64,000 bases of DNA. It comes from a virus (lineage: Duplodnaviria; Caudoviricetes). The notes under the pieces are model-generated. The model was given only the letters and a program-made list of their open reading frames with translations, had not been told where the DNA came from and searched no databases. This document shows, piece after piece, positions 1 to 10,119 of this stretch (positions within the stretch are counted from its first letter, which is position 1; each line of letters starts with the position of its first letter). Position numbers and translations under genes: made by a program. The stretch lies in IMG/VR virus record IMGVR_UViG_3300031998_000010, one strand, 5' to 3'.

Positions 1-1184
1 CCATGATAATTATATCCACTACTATCATATACTGTTGTATCACTACGAGTACCACCCATTCCAGCATAACCAGTAGCATGATTTTTGGCTTCTAGTTGAA
101 TATTATAAAATATTGCTTTATTAGCATAATCAGGTCGTAATTCATCATCAATTAAAGCATTAGTAATCCCATTTAATGAACTATCCGCAGTAAAAGTGTA
201 GGTATTATATCCATTATAGATAAAAAATGGAAATGATGTATTGTTATTAAATCTAAACTTCCAATAAGAATCAACAGATATTCCTTTAGCACACATACTT
301 AATGTATATGTCGTTCCACTAACAAGTGCAGGAGTATTTATTCTAAAATATGTATCTGAATTTTCACCTGTAGTCTGTACCGCATTACCATTATCAATAA
401 GGGTAGTTCTACCTCCAGCAGTATAACTTGTAATAAGATTAGTAGTACCCTCTAAATAACTATCTCCCAAAGTATAATGAGCAACTAAGCCTTTACTCAA
501 TTCTTTGATTTCTTTAACTGATAGTGCATGATCATATACTCTTAAATCATTACAATAATATGGGATAGCACACGCTGGACCACTACCAGCGTAAATATGA
601 GCATAATTTATATAAATATCCCTTACTACCGCTTCGGTGAAAGCCGTTATATTAGTAGTAGCATATAATTGCCCATTAAAATATGAAAATAATTTTAAAG
701 CATCTTTATCAAATACAACGCATATATGAATCCACTCATCAAAAGTTATTGTCTTTGTAGTAGTTGTATAATTATTTGCAGGAGTAGCAGTTCTTAATGC
801 TCCAAAAATATTAAGAGCAGATAAAACCCCACTATCTGCATATAAATTATTTGTGGTAAAGCATATCCCGATACCACCATAGCTATTATTACCAATTAGA
901 TTAGCTGTAGCATTTACAGCGGAAGAAGTATATGTCTTTGTTGATACTACGGCTTGAATCTCTGCTTTATTGAATTTAAACCAACCGCATAATGATACAC
1001 TTGTTTTAGTCAAATCTACAGAATACCCTGTATCGAGGTCTCCAGTAGAAGTTGTATGAAAGCAATTTCCTAATTTACCATTACTGGTGATTGAACCATA
1101 AGTCGAAGTAATATTAGGAGCAACTGAACTTACCCCTTGATTATTAGTATCTCTAACAAATGGCAACCATACTTGTAATGACAT
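1..1184 (-). CDS. LamG/concanavalin-A-like domain tail protein (partial, runs off window)
   Basis: Read by hand: ATG at 1184, MSLQVWLPFVRDTNNQG...SLCGWFKF...WIHICVVFD...LFSYFNGQL...NDLRVYDHALSVKEIKELSKGLVAHYTL, a LamG-type pattern. Confidence 0.75.
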   Translation of the reverse strand, partial: MSLQVWLPFVRDTNNQGVSSVAPNITSTYGSITSNGKLGNCFHTTSTGDLDTGYSVDLTKTSVSLCGWFKFNKAEIQAVVSTKTYTSSAVNATANLIGNNSYGGIGICFTTNNLYADSGVLSALNIFGALRTATPANNYTTTTKTITFDEWIHICVVFDKDALKLFSYFNGQLYATTNITAFTEAVVRDIYINYAHIYAGSGPACAIPYYCNDLRVYDHALSVKEIKELSKGLVAHYTLGDSYLEGTTNLITSYTAGGRTTLIDNGNAVQTTGENSDTYFRINTPALVSGTTYTLSMCAKGISVDSYWKFRFNNNTSFPFFIYNGYNTYTFTADSSLNGITNALIDDELRPDYANKAIFYNIQLEAKNHATGYAGMGGTRSDTTVYDSSGYNYH

Positions 1185-1185
1185 A

Positions 1186-2775
1186 TTAAACGAAAACGAA
1201 ATCTATTGATTGGGTTGTAGAATTATATTCCATTCTTGCACCAGATGTATTGGTAGCATTTCCACCTACTGTTACTGAGCCGTTGAAAACGGCATTACCA
1301 TCTCCACTGATTGAAGCTACATTTGCACTAGCATGTCTATAAACTAAACCTCGTGTAGTTGCTCCTGCAAAATAAAAATAACCACCCCAATCTCCTTGAA
1401 CATATCCATGTTTACCACTATTAGCAGTAGTACGCATAGCAATTCCATAATTGGTTACATTTCCAGCACCACCATATAAAGAAATACCTCCTGAAGTACC
1501 TGCAGTTTGACTAACACCTAAATTAGCAGACGCAACAACATTATTAGCAGTTAAAGTGCCATTTGTAGCATACACCTGGTCATCAGAATAAGTTTGAGGA
1601 TTAGCCGCCTGACTTGTAGCACCAATTAAATAAATCTTTGATGAGGTATCAGTAGAACCTGCAGTATTTTTAGTGTCATTATCCTGTTGGTCAAATGTAA
1701 AGGTGGAACCATTAAGTCGTGTAGCGGTAAAAGTTGTTCCACTACGACTGATATCTTTTATAGCTATGGCACTATTGCCTCCAGTAGTAGTGAAATCGTT
1801 AGTTACTGCATAACCATCAGGAACTGTAGTACCATCTGTAAATGTGGTATATGGTGTTAATGTAGTAGAAGCAAAAGGCACAAAGCAACAATTCCAAGTC
1901 TGAGTTGTACCTGATGCAATACTAGCCTTATCGTCATAAATCTCAAAATAATAAAATCCACTAGCATTTACAACAATACGAGTTCGTACTTGAGTATAAT
2001 TACAAGAAGAAATACACTGACAAGTAGAATATGCATATCCATTATGGGAAGTAGTGATATAAAAAGTGGCGTTAGTTACCATTGAACTTCTAGTAGCGGT
2101 TATGTTTAAAAATCCACTGGAACCAACGGTTGCTATTCCGGGAGTAGCAAGGTACAACCTACTCCATGTTTGACCTTTTGTAACTGCAGTCCATCTTTGC
2201 CCTACACTAAAGGAATTATTAACTAGAGTTAAACCCATATCGGCAGAATAAGTTGTACCGACAGGAACTTGCCAACTACCATCATTCCTCAAATATTTAG
2301 TAGTATCTGAACCTAAAGCAGGGCCGTTAGTGACAGTATTAGCACCATTAAATTTTGTGAGATAACCACTTGTACCCGAACCCGTTATGTTATTTGCAAT
2401 ACTAGGTGTTACTGTTACAGTTTGAGCCGTACCACCACTTGGTGTTACTGTAAATCCATTCGTGCCATTGGCAAATGTATAAGTAGTATCATTATCTGTA
2501 AATTTAGGGTTACTACCGATAGTTACACCATTCAGCTGTGTTGCCTGAAGATTTCCGGTTGAAGGATTGAATTTCAAATTACTATTCTTACCAGTCTCTT
2601 CAATGCGAGTAGTATTATCTGCTGTTTGAGAAAACAACACTTCGTAATCAGCATTAGTAGTAGTTGCAGATTGCTTCACGGTTTTAGCCGCATCTGCAAT
2701 CTTCGACTTTACTTCTGTTGCAAGGGTATCAATACCCTCTCTATCTAAATAGTAATTCTTATCAATATCAGGCAT
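1186..2775 (-). CDS. Tail fibre protein
   Basis: 529 aa, T/G/S/N-rich, fibre-type motifs (TKYLRNDGSW, NTAGSTDTSSKIYLIGATSQ), tail-gene context. Confidence 0.7.
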   Translation of the reverse strand: MPDIDKNYYLDREGIDTLATEVKSKIADAAKTVKQSATTTNADYEVLFSQTADNTTRIEETGKNSNLKFNPSTGNLQATQLNGVTIGSNPKFTDNDTTYTFANGTNGFTVTPSGGTAQTVTVTPSIANNITGSGTSGYLTKFNGANTVTNGPALGSDTTKYLRNDGSWQVPVGTTYSADMGLTLVNNSFSVGQRWTAVTKGQTWSRLYLATPGIATVGSSGFLNITATRSSMVTNATFYITTSHNGYAYSTCQCISSCNYTQVRTRIVVNASGFYYFEIYDDKASIASGTTQTWNCCFVPFASTTLTPYTTFTDGTTVPDGYAVTNDFTTTGGNSAIAIKDISRSGTTFTATRLNGSTFTFDQQDNDTKNTAGSTDTSSKIYLIGATSQAANPQTYSDDQVYATNGTLTANNVVASANLGVSQTAGTSGGISLYGGAGNVTNYGIAMRTTANSGKHGYVQGDWGGYFYFAGATTRGLVYRHASANVASISGDGNAVFNGSVTVGGNATNTSGARMEYNSTTQSIDFVFV

Positions 2776-2790
2776 ATCTTAAAATAGTCC

Positions 2791-3990
2791 TTATGCAAAT
2801 AAACTCTGAATGTATGCACTCGGTATCGGCTGGAATGAAGTCATTACTTTTGAATCTGTCCAGTTTGTATTTCCTGTCCAAGCACCTGGTGTTGTTACTG
2901 CCGTAGTACACTCATAAAGTTTTCCGTTATACATAACATAATCACCTAAGGCATAAGTCAAAGTTGTATTAAATGCATCAGCAATTACATCTGACTGTAC
3001 TGCGGTATCCGCTTTTGCTAAGGAAGCCTGAACGGAAGCAGATAAATCAAATGTAATTACATTTGAACCATCAATTGAAATTGTACCTGATGTAGTCGTA
3101 CCGCCTGTGTATAAATCTACAAGGTCTGTGACCTTAATATAAATTGCTGTGCTTGAAGCATTGGCAATTATGAGTTTAATATATTTACCTGCATCAGCCG
3201 CAGTAGCTGTTCCACTTCCTTTAATAGCAGTTGTTACATCGGGTCCTGAAGCTGAACCTTCGTGGAGTGAATCATCGGTGTCAACAAAAACGATTTCAAC
3301 TACAGAACCGCTTTCGACTACCATATCTTTTGGTATGTCGATATTAGCAAGTAATTCTGCAGGAACAGGAGAAGAAGATGAACCATTACCGCCCTGATAA
3401 ATGCCATAACGCTTTGAATATAAATCGCCTGAACCACCTGCGGTTTCTGTAATATATACTGTCTTAGCAGCTACTCCACCACCCGTTGCTTGTGCAATAG
3501 ATTCAATAGCTCCCTGAACGGTGCTTGAACCTGTCTGTGCGGTAGTATCATCAAAAGGTACATTTGTAGCATTAAGAGTTAAACCCTTTACTGTCGGAGC
3601 GCCACTTGCGGTATCTGTACCGAATATGGCTACTTGTCCAGAAGTAAATGATGCACTGGCATCCCCAGATTTTCTGATAACATCATCTTCAGCAAGTCCG
3701 CTATCTACTACTTGACCATTAGAATCCAATGTAGCAATATGACCAGATGTAGCACTTGCTACTTTTGTCATCAATGTAGAAGCGTCAGGGAATGTTACTG
3801 TATATGCTGCAGTAGCTCCTGTTTCTGTCGGGTCAACCTTCCAGAAACTCAATGTAGTAGGTGTTGTCGCAGTATCATAAGTGATATACTTAATTGCCAA
3901 AGCGTCTGCGTCATCCACATACTGCTTTATGAGAGCATCATATTGGGCTAACCCTGCTTTATCTAAATAAAAGAACTTTTCGGTTGCCAT
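2791..3990 (-). CDS. Virion fibre/adhesin protein with C-terminal CBM5/12-like motif
   Basis: AFNTTLTYALGDYVMYNGKLYECTTAVTTPGAW resembles small carbohydrate-binding modules; N-terminus (YLDKAGL) resembles that of 1186..2775 (YLDREGI). Confidence 0.6.
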   Translation of the reverse strand: MATEKFFYLDKAGLAQYDALIKQYVDDADALAIKYITYDTATTPTTLSFWKVDPTETGATAAYTVTFPDASTLMTKVASATSGHIATLDSNGQVVDSGLAEDDVIRKSGDASASFTSGQVAIFGTDTASGAPTVKGLTLNATNVPFDDTTAQTGSSTVQGAIESIAQATGGGVAAKTVYITETAGGSGDLYSKRYGIYQGGNGSSSSPVPAELLANIDIPKDMVVESGSVVEIVFVDTDDSLHEGSASGPDVTTAIKGSGTATAADAGKYIKLIIANASSTAIYIKVTDLVDLYTGGTTTSGTISIDGSNVITFDLSASVQASLAKADTAVQSDVIADAFNTTLTYALGDYVMYNGKLYECTTAVTTPGAWTGNTNWTDSKVMTSFQPIPSAYIQSLFA

Positions 3991-4006
3991 ATCTTATCTC
4001 CTTTAA

Positions 4007-4558
4007 TTAGTAATTGTATAAAGAATCTCCGTGTTCGTTTAATACTCTTTCTATCTTATCTAAATCCTTAAAAGATGCTCGCTCTCTTATGATTCTATAT
4101 ATGGTTCCTACCCAAGTATCTCCAAAATTAGTATAGGCTAAATATATTGCTTCTCGAACTGCTTTGTTCGATAATAAACTGGGAGGTATCTCATCTACAA
4201 GTTCATCTTCTATATAAATAGAACCGTTTTCGGCATAAATTGAACATCCTTTATATGTATATACTTTCCCGTCAGCAGAAGGATATTGATTAGAAATTGA
4301 TGCTCCCTGAGAAACATCATATGTATCAGCATCTTCAATATTACTATTATCTAATATATCTTTAAGTTTTACTAAATCGGAAGTAGATAAATTAGAATAC
4401 ATTCCATCAGGACCTCTATCATCCCACTCTCCGTCAGCATTAAAGAGCTTATCTTCAAACATATCTATCATTGTCTGTTCAAGAAAATCAGCGGTAACTT
4501 CATTAGTATTATAAGTGTTATCAATATAATTTATTAAACTGTCTCTGTCCATTGACAT
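4007..4558 (-). CDS. Hypothetical acidic protein
   Basis: 183 aa ORF with AAGGAG RBS. Confidence 0.7.
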   Translation of the reverse strand: MSMDRDSLINYIDNTYNTNEVTADFLEQTMIDMFEDKLFNADGEWDDRGPDGMYSNLSTSDLVKLKDILDNSNIEDADTYDVSQGASISNQYPSADGKVYTYKGCSIYAENGSIYIEDELVDEIPPSLLSNKAVREAIYLAYTNFGDTWVGTIYRIIRERASFKDLDKIERVLNEHGDSLYNY

Positions 4559-4571
4559 CTTTTATTCTCCT

Positions 4572-6005
4572 TTAATTAAATAAATTATCAATATATTCTT
4601 CTTCAATGCCGTTGAGGGCAATATCCAAGACTTCATAAACAATTTCCATAACCTTATCGTGAAATTCCGAAATTATTTCAGAAATTTCTGCTTCGACTAC
4701 GGCAATCTTATCATCAACATAAATCTTCGTTGCATAATTTTGCTCGACATATAGTTCTGTTGCATAGTTATTTGTGAATGTTACATCATCACCTTCAACT
4801 ATATAGTCCGTGATGTTATGCTCCGTGATTACTTTGATATTATCATCTTCATCTACAAAAGATAAATGGTCTATAGTAGTGATGAAGGTTGTAGGATGAT
4901 TCGGAGAAATCTTATAAGTTCCTCTAATTCTATATAAGGAGGGTTCTAATTCAGATAGGATTATAGGATTTTCAGTAGTACCAACTCTTTCAGGTATTCC
5001 GAACACTTCTAAAAAATCCCAACTCTGTGTTTCTGCGTTCCATACATAATAGTTAGCAGGACCTTCTTCATTATTGACTCTGACCATCTTACCGTTAATG
5101 AGTTTATGGGGGTCAATATTATCTCTCTGTTCTAATGTATCGAGTGTAATAAAAGTCCTGTTAAGTATTTCTGCATCTGCAAGAGTAAATGGCCTTGTAT
5201 AATTAACAACCTTACCGTCTGCTATTCCAGAACCCTGTGTCTTTGTAGTATCAAGAGTACACAATGTTAAATCTATTGCAGAAACAGGAAGTATATCTCC
5301 GTTTTTAATTGATACAAAATACCAACCGAAGTTTTGTACTTCGTTATAAATATACCAACCTACATGAACAACCCATTTAATCTTCGGTTTATTTGATACT
5401 TTTACAATATCACCATCATATAATCTGATGTCTGTTCCAGGGATTACTATGAATTTGCTTTCCGCAGGAGTCGTATCAATATCCTGTAATGTCGGGCGGA
5501 ATTCAGAAGTACCAAGCACCTGCTCTTTTACAATAGTAGATAAGTCTATATCATTTGCAGGAATTATTGACCTATCTTCTAATGATATAAAGTACCATCC
5601 GTTTTCACTTCTATTATTATATGAATACCATCCGTGTTTTGCTACGAGATTTAATCCAGATGATGTAATTACTATGTCATTAGCATAAATCTTGGTATCT
5701 GTAGCATCGCAATAGAGATACTTAATTTCAGGCAACTGTTCTGCTGTCGATTCAGGCTCAGGTCTAACTGCAGTTGATTGTTGATTAGTTTCTTTCGATA
5801 TATTTTTGATATCTACTATATCTATAGGAATAATATACTTATCTACGATAGATACAAAGTACCAGCCATTTTTCTGTGCTTCACCTATCTTATACCAGCC
5901 AGTTTTAGCTATCCACTTACTTTCAGGATAAGTGGATATTGATACAACATCATTGGGATATATCTTTGTATCTGTTTCTTCGCAGTATAAGAAATTTCTA
6001 GCCAT
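4572..6005 (-). CDS. Structural-module protein with three tandem ~60 aa GWY...GWYF domains
   Basis: Three internal repeats (T.I.(I/L)Y..D.V...GWY....GWYF.S); own motif-B promoter. Confidence 0.7.
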   Translation of the reverse strand: MARNFLYCEETDTKIYPNDVVSISTYPESKWIAKTGWYKIGEAQKNGWYFVSIVDKYIIPIDIVDIKNISKETNQQSTAVRPEPESTAEQLPEIKYLYCDATDTKIYANDIVITSSGLNLVAKHGWYSYNNRSENGWYFISLEDRSIIPANDIDLSTIVKEQVLGTSEFRPTLQDIDTTPAESKFIVIPGTDIRLYDGDIVKVSNKPKIKWVVHVGWYIYNEVQNFGWYFVSIKNGDILPVSAIDLTLCTLDTTKTQGSGIADGKVVNYTRPFTLADAEILNRTFITLDTLEQRDNIDPHKLINGKMVRVNNEEGPANYYVWNAETQSWDFLEVFGIPERVGTTENPIILSELEPSLYRIRGTYKISPNHPTTFITTIDHLSFVDEDDNIKVITEHNITDYIVEGDDVTFTNNYATELYVEQNYATKIYVDDKIAVVEAEISEIISEFHDKVMEIVYEVLDIALNGIEEEYIDNLFN

Positions 6006-6040
6006 AAGTATCCTTGTATATAAAAGTATTATATTAAATA

Positions 6041-6049
6041 TACAAGGTT
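6041..6049 (-). promoter_or_regulatory. Motif B (AACCTTGTA), putative late promoter
   Basis: Recurs intergenically upstream of virion genes. Confidence 0.6.
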
Positions 6050-6061
6050 ATGTAGTTATTC

Positions 6062-6655
6062 TTATTCGTCGCCAAATAAATTGAAACTAATTGCAATATC
6101 GTCACCAGGTTCCAATGTTACAGGTGTTTCTAAATATTCTTTAATGAGCAAAAAATCCCCGTCGCTATACTGCCCATGCCAAGCAGTATAAGAACTAGAA
6201 TGATGAATATGAAAAAATAGAGCAATCTCGTCAATGGTAATAGTTTCTGTGCTATTACTATTATTTAGATTTCCCTTTATTAAATAATTATATACATCTA
6301 GCGACGAACCACTAGTAGTCATCATGCCTACTTTTAAACCTGTTGGAACATTTCCTAAAGTATAATCTGGCTCATTTTCTATGCGTTGACCACCTAATAT
6401 ATAAAATCCATTACTCGTATATGTCTTAATGTAACTCCAATCACAATAATTTCCAGGAGCAATAGATGTATGCGTAGTAAAACTGCCATAACTTATATTA
6501 TAAAATAGTGTTTCTCCATGAGAATAATCTAAGCCGTCTTGAACCCCTGTATAACCAGTTATATCTGTAAAATTTTTTATCCATGGTTTAGTGCTTGTAG
6601 ATGATGAGCCTCTAGAAAACAACCTCATCAGCTTCCTAAAATTATTGTGTATCAT
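6062..6655 (-). CDS. Hypothetical tail-associated protein
   Basis: 197 aa; C-terminal ITIDEIALF...PVTLEPGD pattern of tail-collar-like proteins. Confidence 0.55.
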   Translation of the reverse strand: MIHNNFRKLMRLFSRGSSSTSTKPWIKNFTDITGYTGVQDGLDYSHGETLFYNISYGSFTTHTSIAPGNYCDWSYIKTYTSNGFYILGGQRIENEPDYTLGNVPTGLKVGMMTTSGSSLDVYNYLIKGNLNNSNSTETITIDEIALFFHIHHSSSYTAWHGQYSDGDFLLIKEYLETPVTLEPGDDIAISFNLFGDE

Positions 6656-7365
6656 TCAGTAGTTACCTCCACAGAATAATTTAATTGCCCCTCTTTATTT
6701 GAATGACCCATAGCAGATGTTCTATATATTGGTGGTTCTCCTGATGATGGAGATTCAGGCACCCAACTATATACAGGCTCATTATCTACTATTGTTATAT
6801 TTAAAACATAATTACCTGCGGTTATAGGTAATGTTGGAATCTGAGGGATAGGTATATTTGATATTGCCGTATATACCGCACCAGAAGTAATTAACTTTGT
6901 ACTATCTTGCGTTACTGTTGTATCATAATCGGCAGATAGAGTTATTGAACTGTTAGTTTCACTCTCTACAAATGTACTTGTAATATTATCTCCAGCAATT
7001 ACTTTTGAGAAAGTATTTCTCACTGTTACTGTCCACTTATTAGCATTAGTTAATTTATATACATATACCTGATTGCCTTGTTGAGAATCAGTATGCTTGT
7101 TCATAGAGCGATAATACTGGAACTCTACATTTGTAGGATTAGTCATATCTGTAACATAAGCCATGAACGCTAATCGAGTTTGAGAACCTGTCGCAGGATT
7201 ACTGTTAGAAGAGGCTCGGCAATACACTACACAGTTATCTTGATATGCAGTTATAAAATCAGTCCAGGTAGAAATGCCATAGCGAAGAATAACCATTCTT
7301 GCTTTGGCATCTTTTATCTCATATTCAAGATTCCCTGGTAATACGATTTTAGATATATCAGCCAT
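6652..7365 (-). CDS. Putative fibre-associated structural protein
   Basis: N-terminal ISKIVLPGNLEYEIKDAKAR is related to the motif in the neighbour 7375..8196. Confidence 0.55.
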   Translation of the reverse strand: MADISKIVLPGNLEYEIKDAKARMVILRYGISTWTDFITAYQDNCVVYCRASSNSNPATGSQTRLAFMAYVTDMTNPTNVEFQYYRSMNKHTDSQQGNQVYVYKLTNANKWTVTVRNTFSKVIAGDNITSTFVESETNSSITLSADYDTTVTQDSTKLITSGAVYTAISNIPIPQIPTLPITAGNYVLNITIVDNEPVYSWVPESPSSGEPPIYRTSAMGHSNKEGQLNYSVEVTTE

Positions 7366-7374
7366 ATATTTACC

Positions 7375-8196
7375 TTATTGTGCAGTCGGATATACTGTAT
7401 GTGTTACTTCTGTTCCTGTAAATGTTTGAGCTGCTGCGGTTCCTGAAATAGTGCCTGAACTTGCCGAACCTGTAAATGTAAGTTCTGCACCTGTCCCTGT
7501 AAATGAGGGGTCAGTCACGGTATCTACACCGGTTGCTACTGATACGCTAGACACTGTAGGGACTGCCCCAGCAGTAATTGTAAGCACTTCATTTGCTACA
7601 GTATAAGTGGGCATTGAACCTGCGTCTGTCACACTTCCAACACTACTACTTGTAAGCGTTACACCTGTCCCTGAAATTGAACCTGCAGGCGTGTAATTAG
7701 CATTACCGCTTCCTATGCTAATTGTCCCCGAAGGAGTAACGGAACAACTTCCCGTCACAGAACTGGATGAATTACTACCTGAAGGTGTAAGTGTGACATA
7801 TCCAGTATCGACAAAAGCAAATGATTTAAGCGTTCCAATACTTGCACCAAATTGTTGCCAAGCATTAGGGTTTACTTTATCACTAAAAATGTATTCCTGA
7901 CCATTACTATCTTGAACAATATCACCGCCAACGGCAGTAACGCTACTTCCATTAATAGTAATAGGATTAGTTGTTGAACCATCCTCTAATGATGTAGTAG
8001 TAATACCTAACCAATGTGTCGCATTTGCAAGAGCTGATACTGCTGATTCTACATCTGATAATCGTTTTTCAGCTCCTGATGTAACACCATCACCTACCCA
8101 ATTTCTCACATCTTCATCTTTGAAGTAGTAAGTATTGCCACTGGGTAATGTAATTCGCATAATTGTAGGAGTTAAAGTCCAAATGATTGCTGACAT
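7375..8196 (-). CDS. Putative fibre/whisker protein
   Basis: ITLPSGNTYYFKD N-terminus; TP.G and FTGT repeats; S/T/G-rich. Confidence 0.6.
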   Translation of the reverse strand: MSAIIWTLTPTIMRITLPSGNTYYFKDEDVRNWVGDGVTSGAEKRLSDVESAVSALANATHWLGITTTSLEDGSTTNPITINGSSVTAVGGDIVQDSNGQEYIFSDKVNPNAWQQFGASIGTLKSFAFVDTGYVTLTPSGSNSSSSVTGSCSVTPSGTISIGSGNANYTPAGSISGTGVTLTSSSVGSVTDAGSMPTYTVANEVLTITAGAVPTVSSVSVATGVDTVTDPSFTGTGAELTFTGSASSGTISGTAAAQTFTGTEVTHTVYPTAQ

Positions 8197-8208
8197 AATT
8201 TCATCTCC

Positions 8209-8985
8209 TTAATCGGTTGTAAATATTATATGTTGTGAATCTTGTAAATCTATGTAACATCTTACTTTATTATTCCAAGCGGTGCGTTCTTCTGGGGTTA
8301 TATGTATAGCGGAATTTAAGATATGTTCAGTAGATTTTTCATCTACAAAAGGCATATCTATAAGATAAGAAGTCCCGTCTCCTATCTTCACTCCTGGAAT
8401 TTCATTACCTTGAGCATCTACGGCATGGTCGCTATAAACATAAATACACCCTCTTGTTGACATCAACTTAGGTTGACTATCCCAGTATTCTTGAGTACCA
8501 TATAATACTTCTTTTTCGTCTAACTCAGCTTTGTTCCATTGCTGTGTGGCAGAATCCCAAGCAAAATATGCAACACTACCCAAGTAATCATTTACTCTAA
8601 CTAATCTGCCATTAGGTATTTTAGTTTTATCAAGATTATCTCGTTGTGTTACTGTATCAACAGAAATAAATGTTCTATTGAGAGTTTCTGCATCTTCTTG
8701 TGTAAATACTGCGGTGTATCCGACAGCTTTACCATCATGGTAAGTAGAACCTAAAGTTTTTGATGTAGCTAAAGATACTGTAGTCAAGTCTACATAGGAT
8801 ACTGGGAGATTTTCGCCATTATGTATTGCAGAAAAATACCAATCATGAAATTGCGAATTATTAAATATAAACCAGCCATAATGCACCACCCATTTAACAT
8901 TAGGGTGATTAGTCATAGTAACTAAATCACCATCATATAATCTAATATTGGTAGATGGGATAACTATAGACTTCTTTTCTGACAT
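8209..8985 (-). CDS. GWY-domain protein, paralog of 4572..6005, with fibre-type C-terminus
   Basis: IPSTNIRLYDGD...LNRTFISVDTVTQRDN shared with 4572..6005; KIGDGT and HILNSAIHITPEER motifs. Confidence 0.65.
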   Translation of the reverse strand: MSEKKSIVIPSTNIRLYDGDLVTMTNHPNVKWVVHYGWFIFNNSQFHDWYFSAIHNGENLPVSYVDLTTVSLATSKTLGSTYHDGKAVGYTAVFTQEDAETLNRTFISVDTVTQRDNLDKTKIPNGRLVRVNDYLGSVAYFAWDSATQQWNKAELDEKEVLYGTQEYWDSQPKLMSTRGCIYVYSDHAVDAQGNEIPGVKIGDGTSYLIDMPFVDEKSTEHILNSAIHITPEERTAWNNKVRCYIDLQDSQHIIFTTD

Positions 8986-9003
8986 AATAACAGATAAATC
9001 CTA

Positions 9004-9237
9004 TCAACCTGTTGTTATAATATAAATATCATCTAAATCTATCTTAAAAATAGGTTTAATCTCTTGACCAGATTCAGCTTCAAGATACCAACCGCATACC
9101 GACCTATTCCCACCAAAAGAATACCACCCGAATCTGACAATCCAAACTTTAGCATCAAATCTTCCGATTTGAATTTTATTCCCAGGTGATATAGTCGTAT
9201 TAGCATTAGGAACTTCTAAAGTCATTTGTGTTGGCAT
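9004..9237 (-). CDS. Stand-alone GWY-domain protein (77 aa; start revised to MPTQMT)
   Basis: AGGAGA RBS before ATG at 9237; FGWYSFGGNRSVCGWYL; the ORF-track extension crosses a terminator and promoter. Confidence 0.65.
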   Translation of the reverse strand: MPTQMTLEVPNANTTISPGNKIQIGRFDAKVWIVRFGWYSFGGNRSVCGWYLEAESGQEIKPIFKIDLDDIYIITTG

Positions 9238-9274
9238 ATTGAATCTCCTATTTATAAATATATTACATCTATTA

Positions 9275-9283
9275 TACAAGGTT
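9275..9283 (-). promoter_or_regulatory. Motif B (AACCTTGTATAAT), putative late promoter
   Basis: Immediately after a terminator, upstream of a structural operon. Confidence 0.65.
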
Positions 9284-9287
9284 AAAG

Positions 9288-9318
9288 AAACCTCGGTACA
9301 TTTAGTGTACCGAGGCTC
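9288..9318 (-). terminator. Intrinsic terminator
   Basis: CCTCGGTACAC/TGTACCGAGG stem followed by TTTCTTT on the minus strand. Confidence 0.75.
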
Positions 9319-9352
9319 TCGATGAAAGGAAGTAAGAATGATGGGTAGTGTC

Positions 9353-10117
9353 TTAATCAGAATTTTCCTCTGGATTTGGCTCTGGTTCAGGGTCAAATAA
9401 AGGAACTAAAAGATTAGTTTCCAAAGAAAGATATTCTTGACCATTATAAGTTATAATATTAAATTTATCTGTGATAAGCGGTGATATACCACTCGTAGAC
9501 CCACTCGGAATTTGATGTGTTTGACTTACTGTCGATGAATTAAAAAAGTTCTTATCTTCAATTCGTGTGATTACTTTGCCACTTGGGTCGAATAAAACAT
9601 CAGTACAATATTCCAAGGTATCTTCTCCGAATTCATTTTGAGGAGCAACATAATTAAGCATTTTACCATGTTTATATGCGGCTCCTGTTTCTTTGTTACG
9701 AAGAAGATATTCATAAATATGAATATCAGAACCACTACCACCACTCCTCGAAAGCCAGCCTTCATAGTCCCCAGTGTCTAACTTTTCATAGAGATAACTG
9801 AATTTTGCACCACCGCCAAACCATTGAGCAGAATAATCATAAAAGAATAATAATGTATCAGAATACACTAAAACCCATACCATAGGATTACCCCAGTTCA
9901 CCAAGGAATCCTCTTTAGTTGTCCCATCTATTGTAATGTAAGTAAATCCTCTATCTTCTACAGTGATTTTTAAATTAGTACTGTCATCTACTACAAGCTC
10001 TACTCCATTATCTATATTTGTAACAGATAAAAATGGGCAGGATACATCTTCGAAAAATTCCTGTATTTCAGGGACTCTCTGTTCTATAACGCTATTCATA
10101 TATTTATAAGTAGCCAT
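9353..10117 (-). CDS. Hypothetical protein, paralog family P3 copy 1
   Basis: Shares VYSDTLL, YEGW, MLNY, D.NF and Y.S...LLV motifs with the next two ORFs. Confidence 0.7.
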   Translation of the reverse strand: MATYKYMNSVIEQRVPEIQEFFEDVSCPFLSVTNIDNGVELVVDDSTNLKITVEDRGFTYITIDGTTKEDSLVNWGNPMVWVLVYSDTLLFFYDYSAQWFGGGAKFSYLYEKLDTGDYEGWLSRSGGSGSDIHIYEYLLRNKETGAAYKHGKMLNYVAPQNEFGEDTLEYCTDVLFDPSGKVITRIEDKNFFNSSTVSQTHQIPSGSTSGISPLITDKFNIITYNGQEYLSLETNLLVPLFDPEPEPNPEENSD

Positions 10118-10119
10118 AT

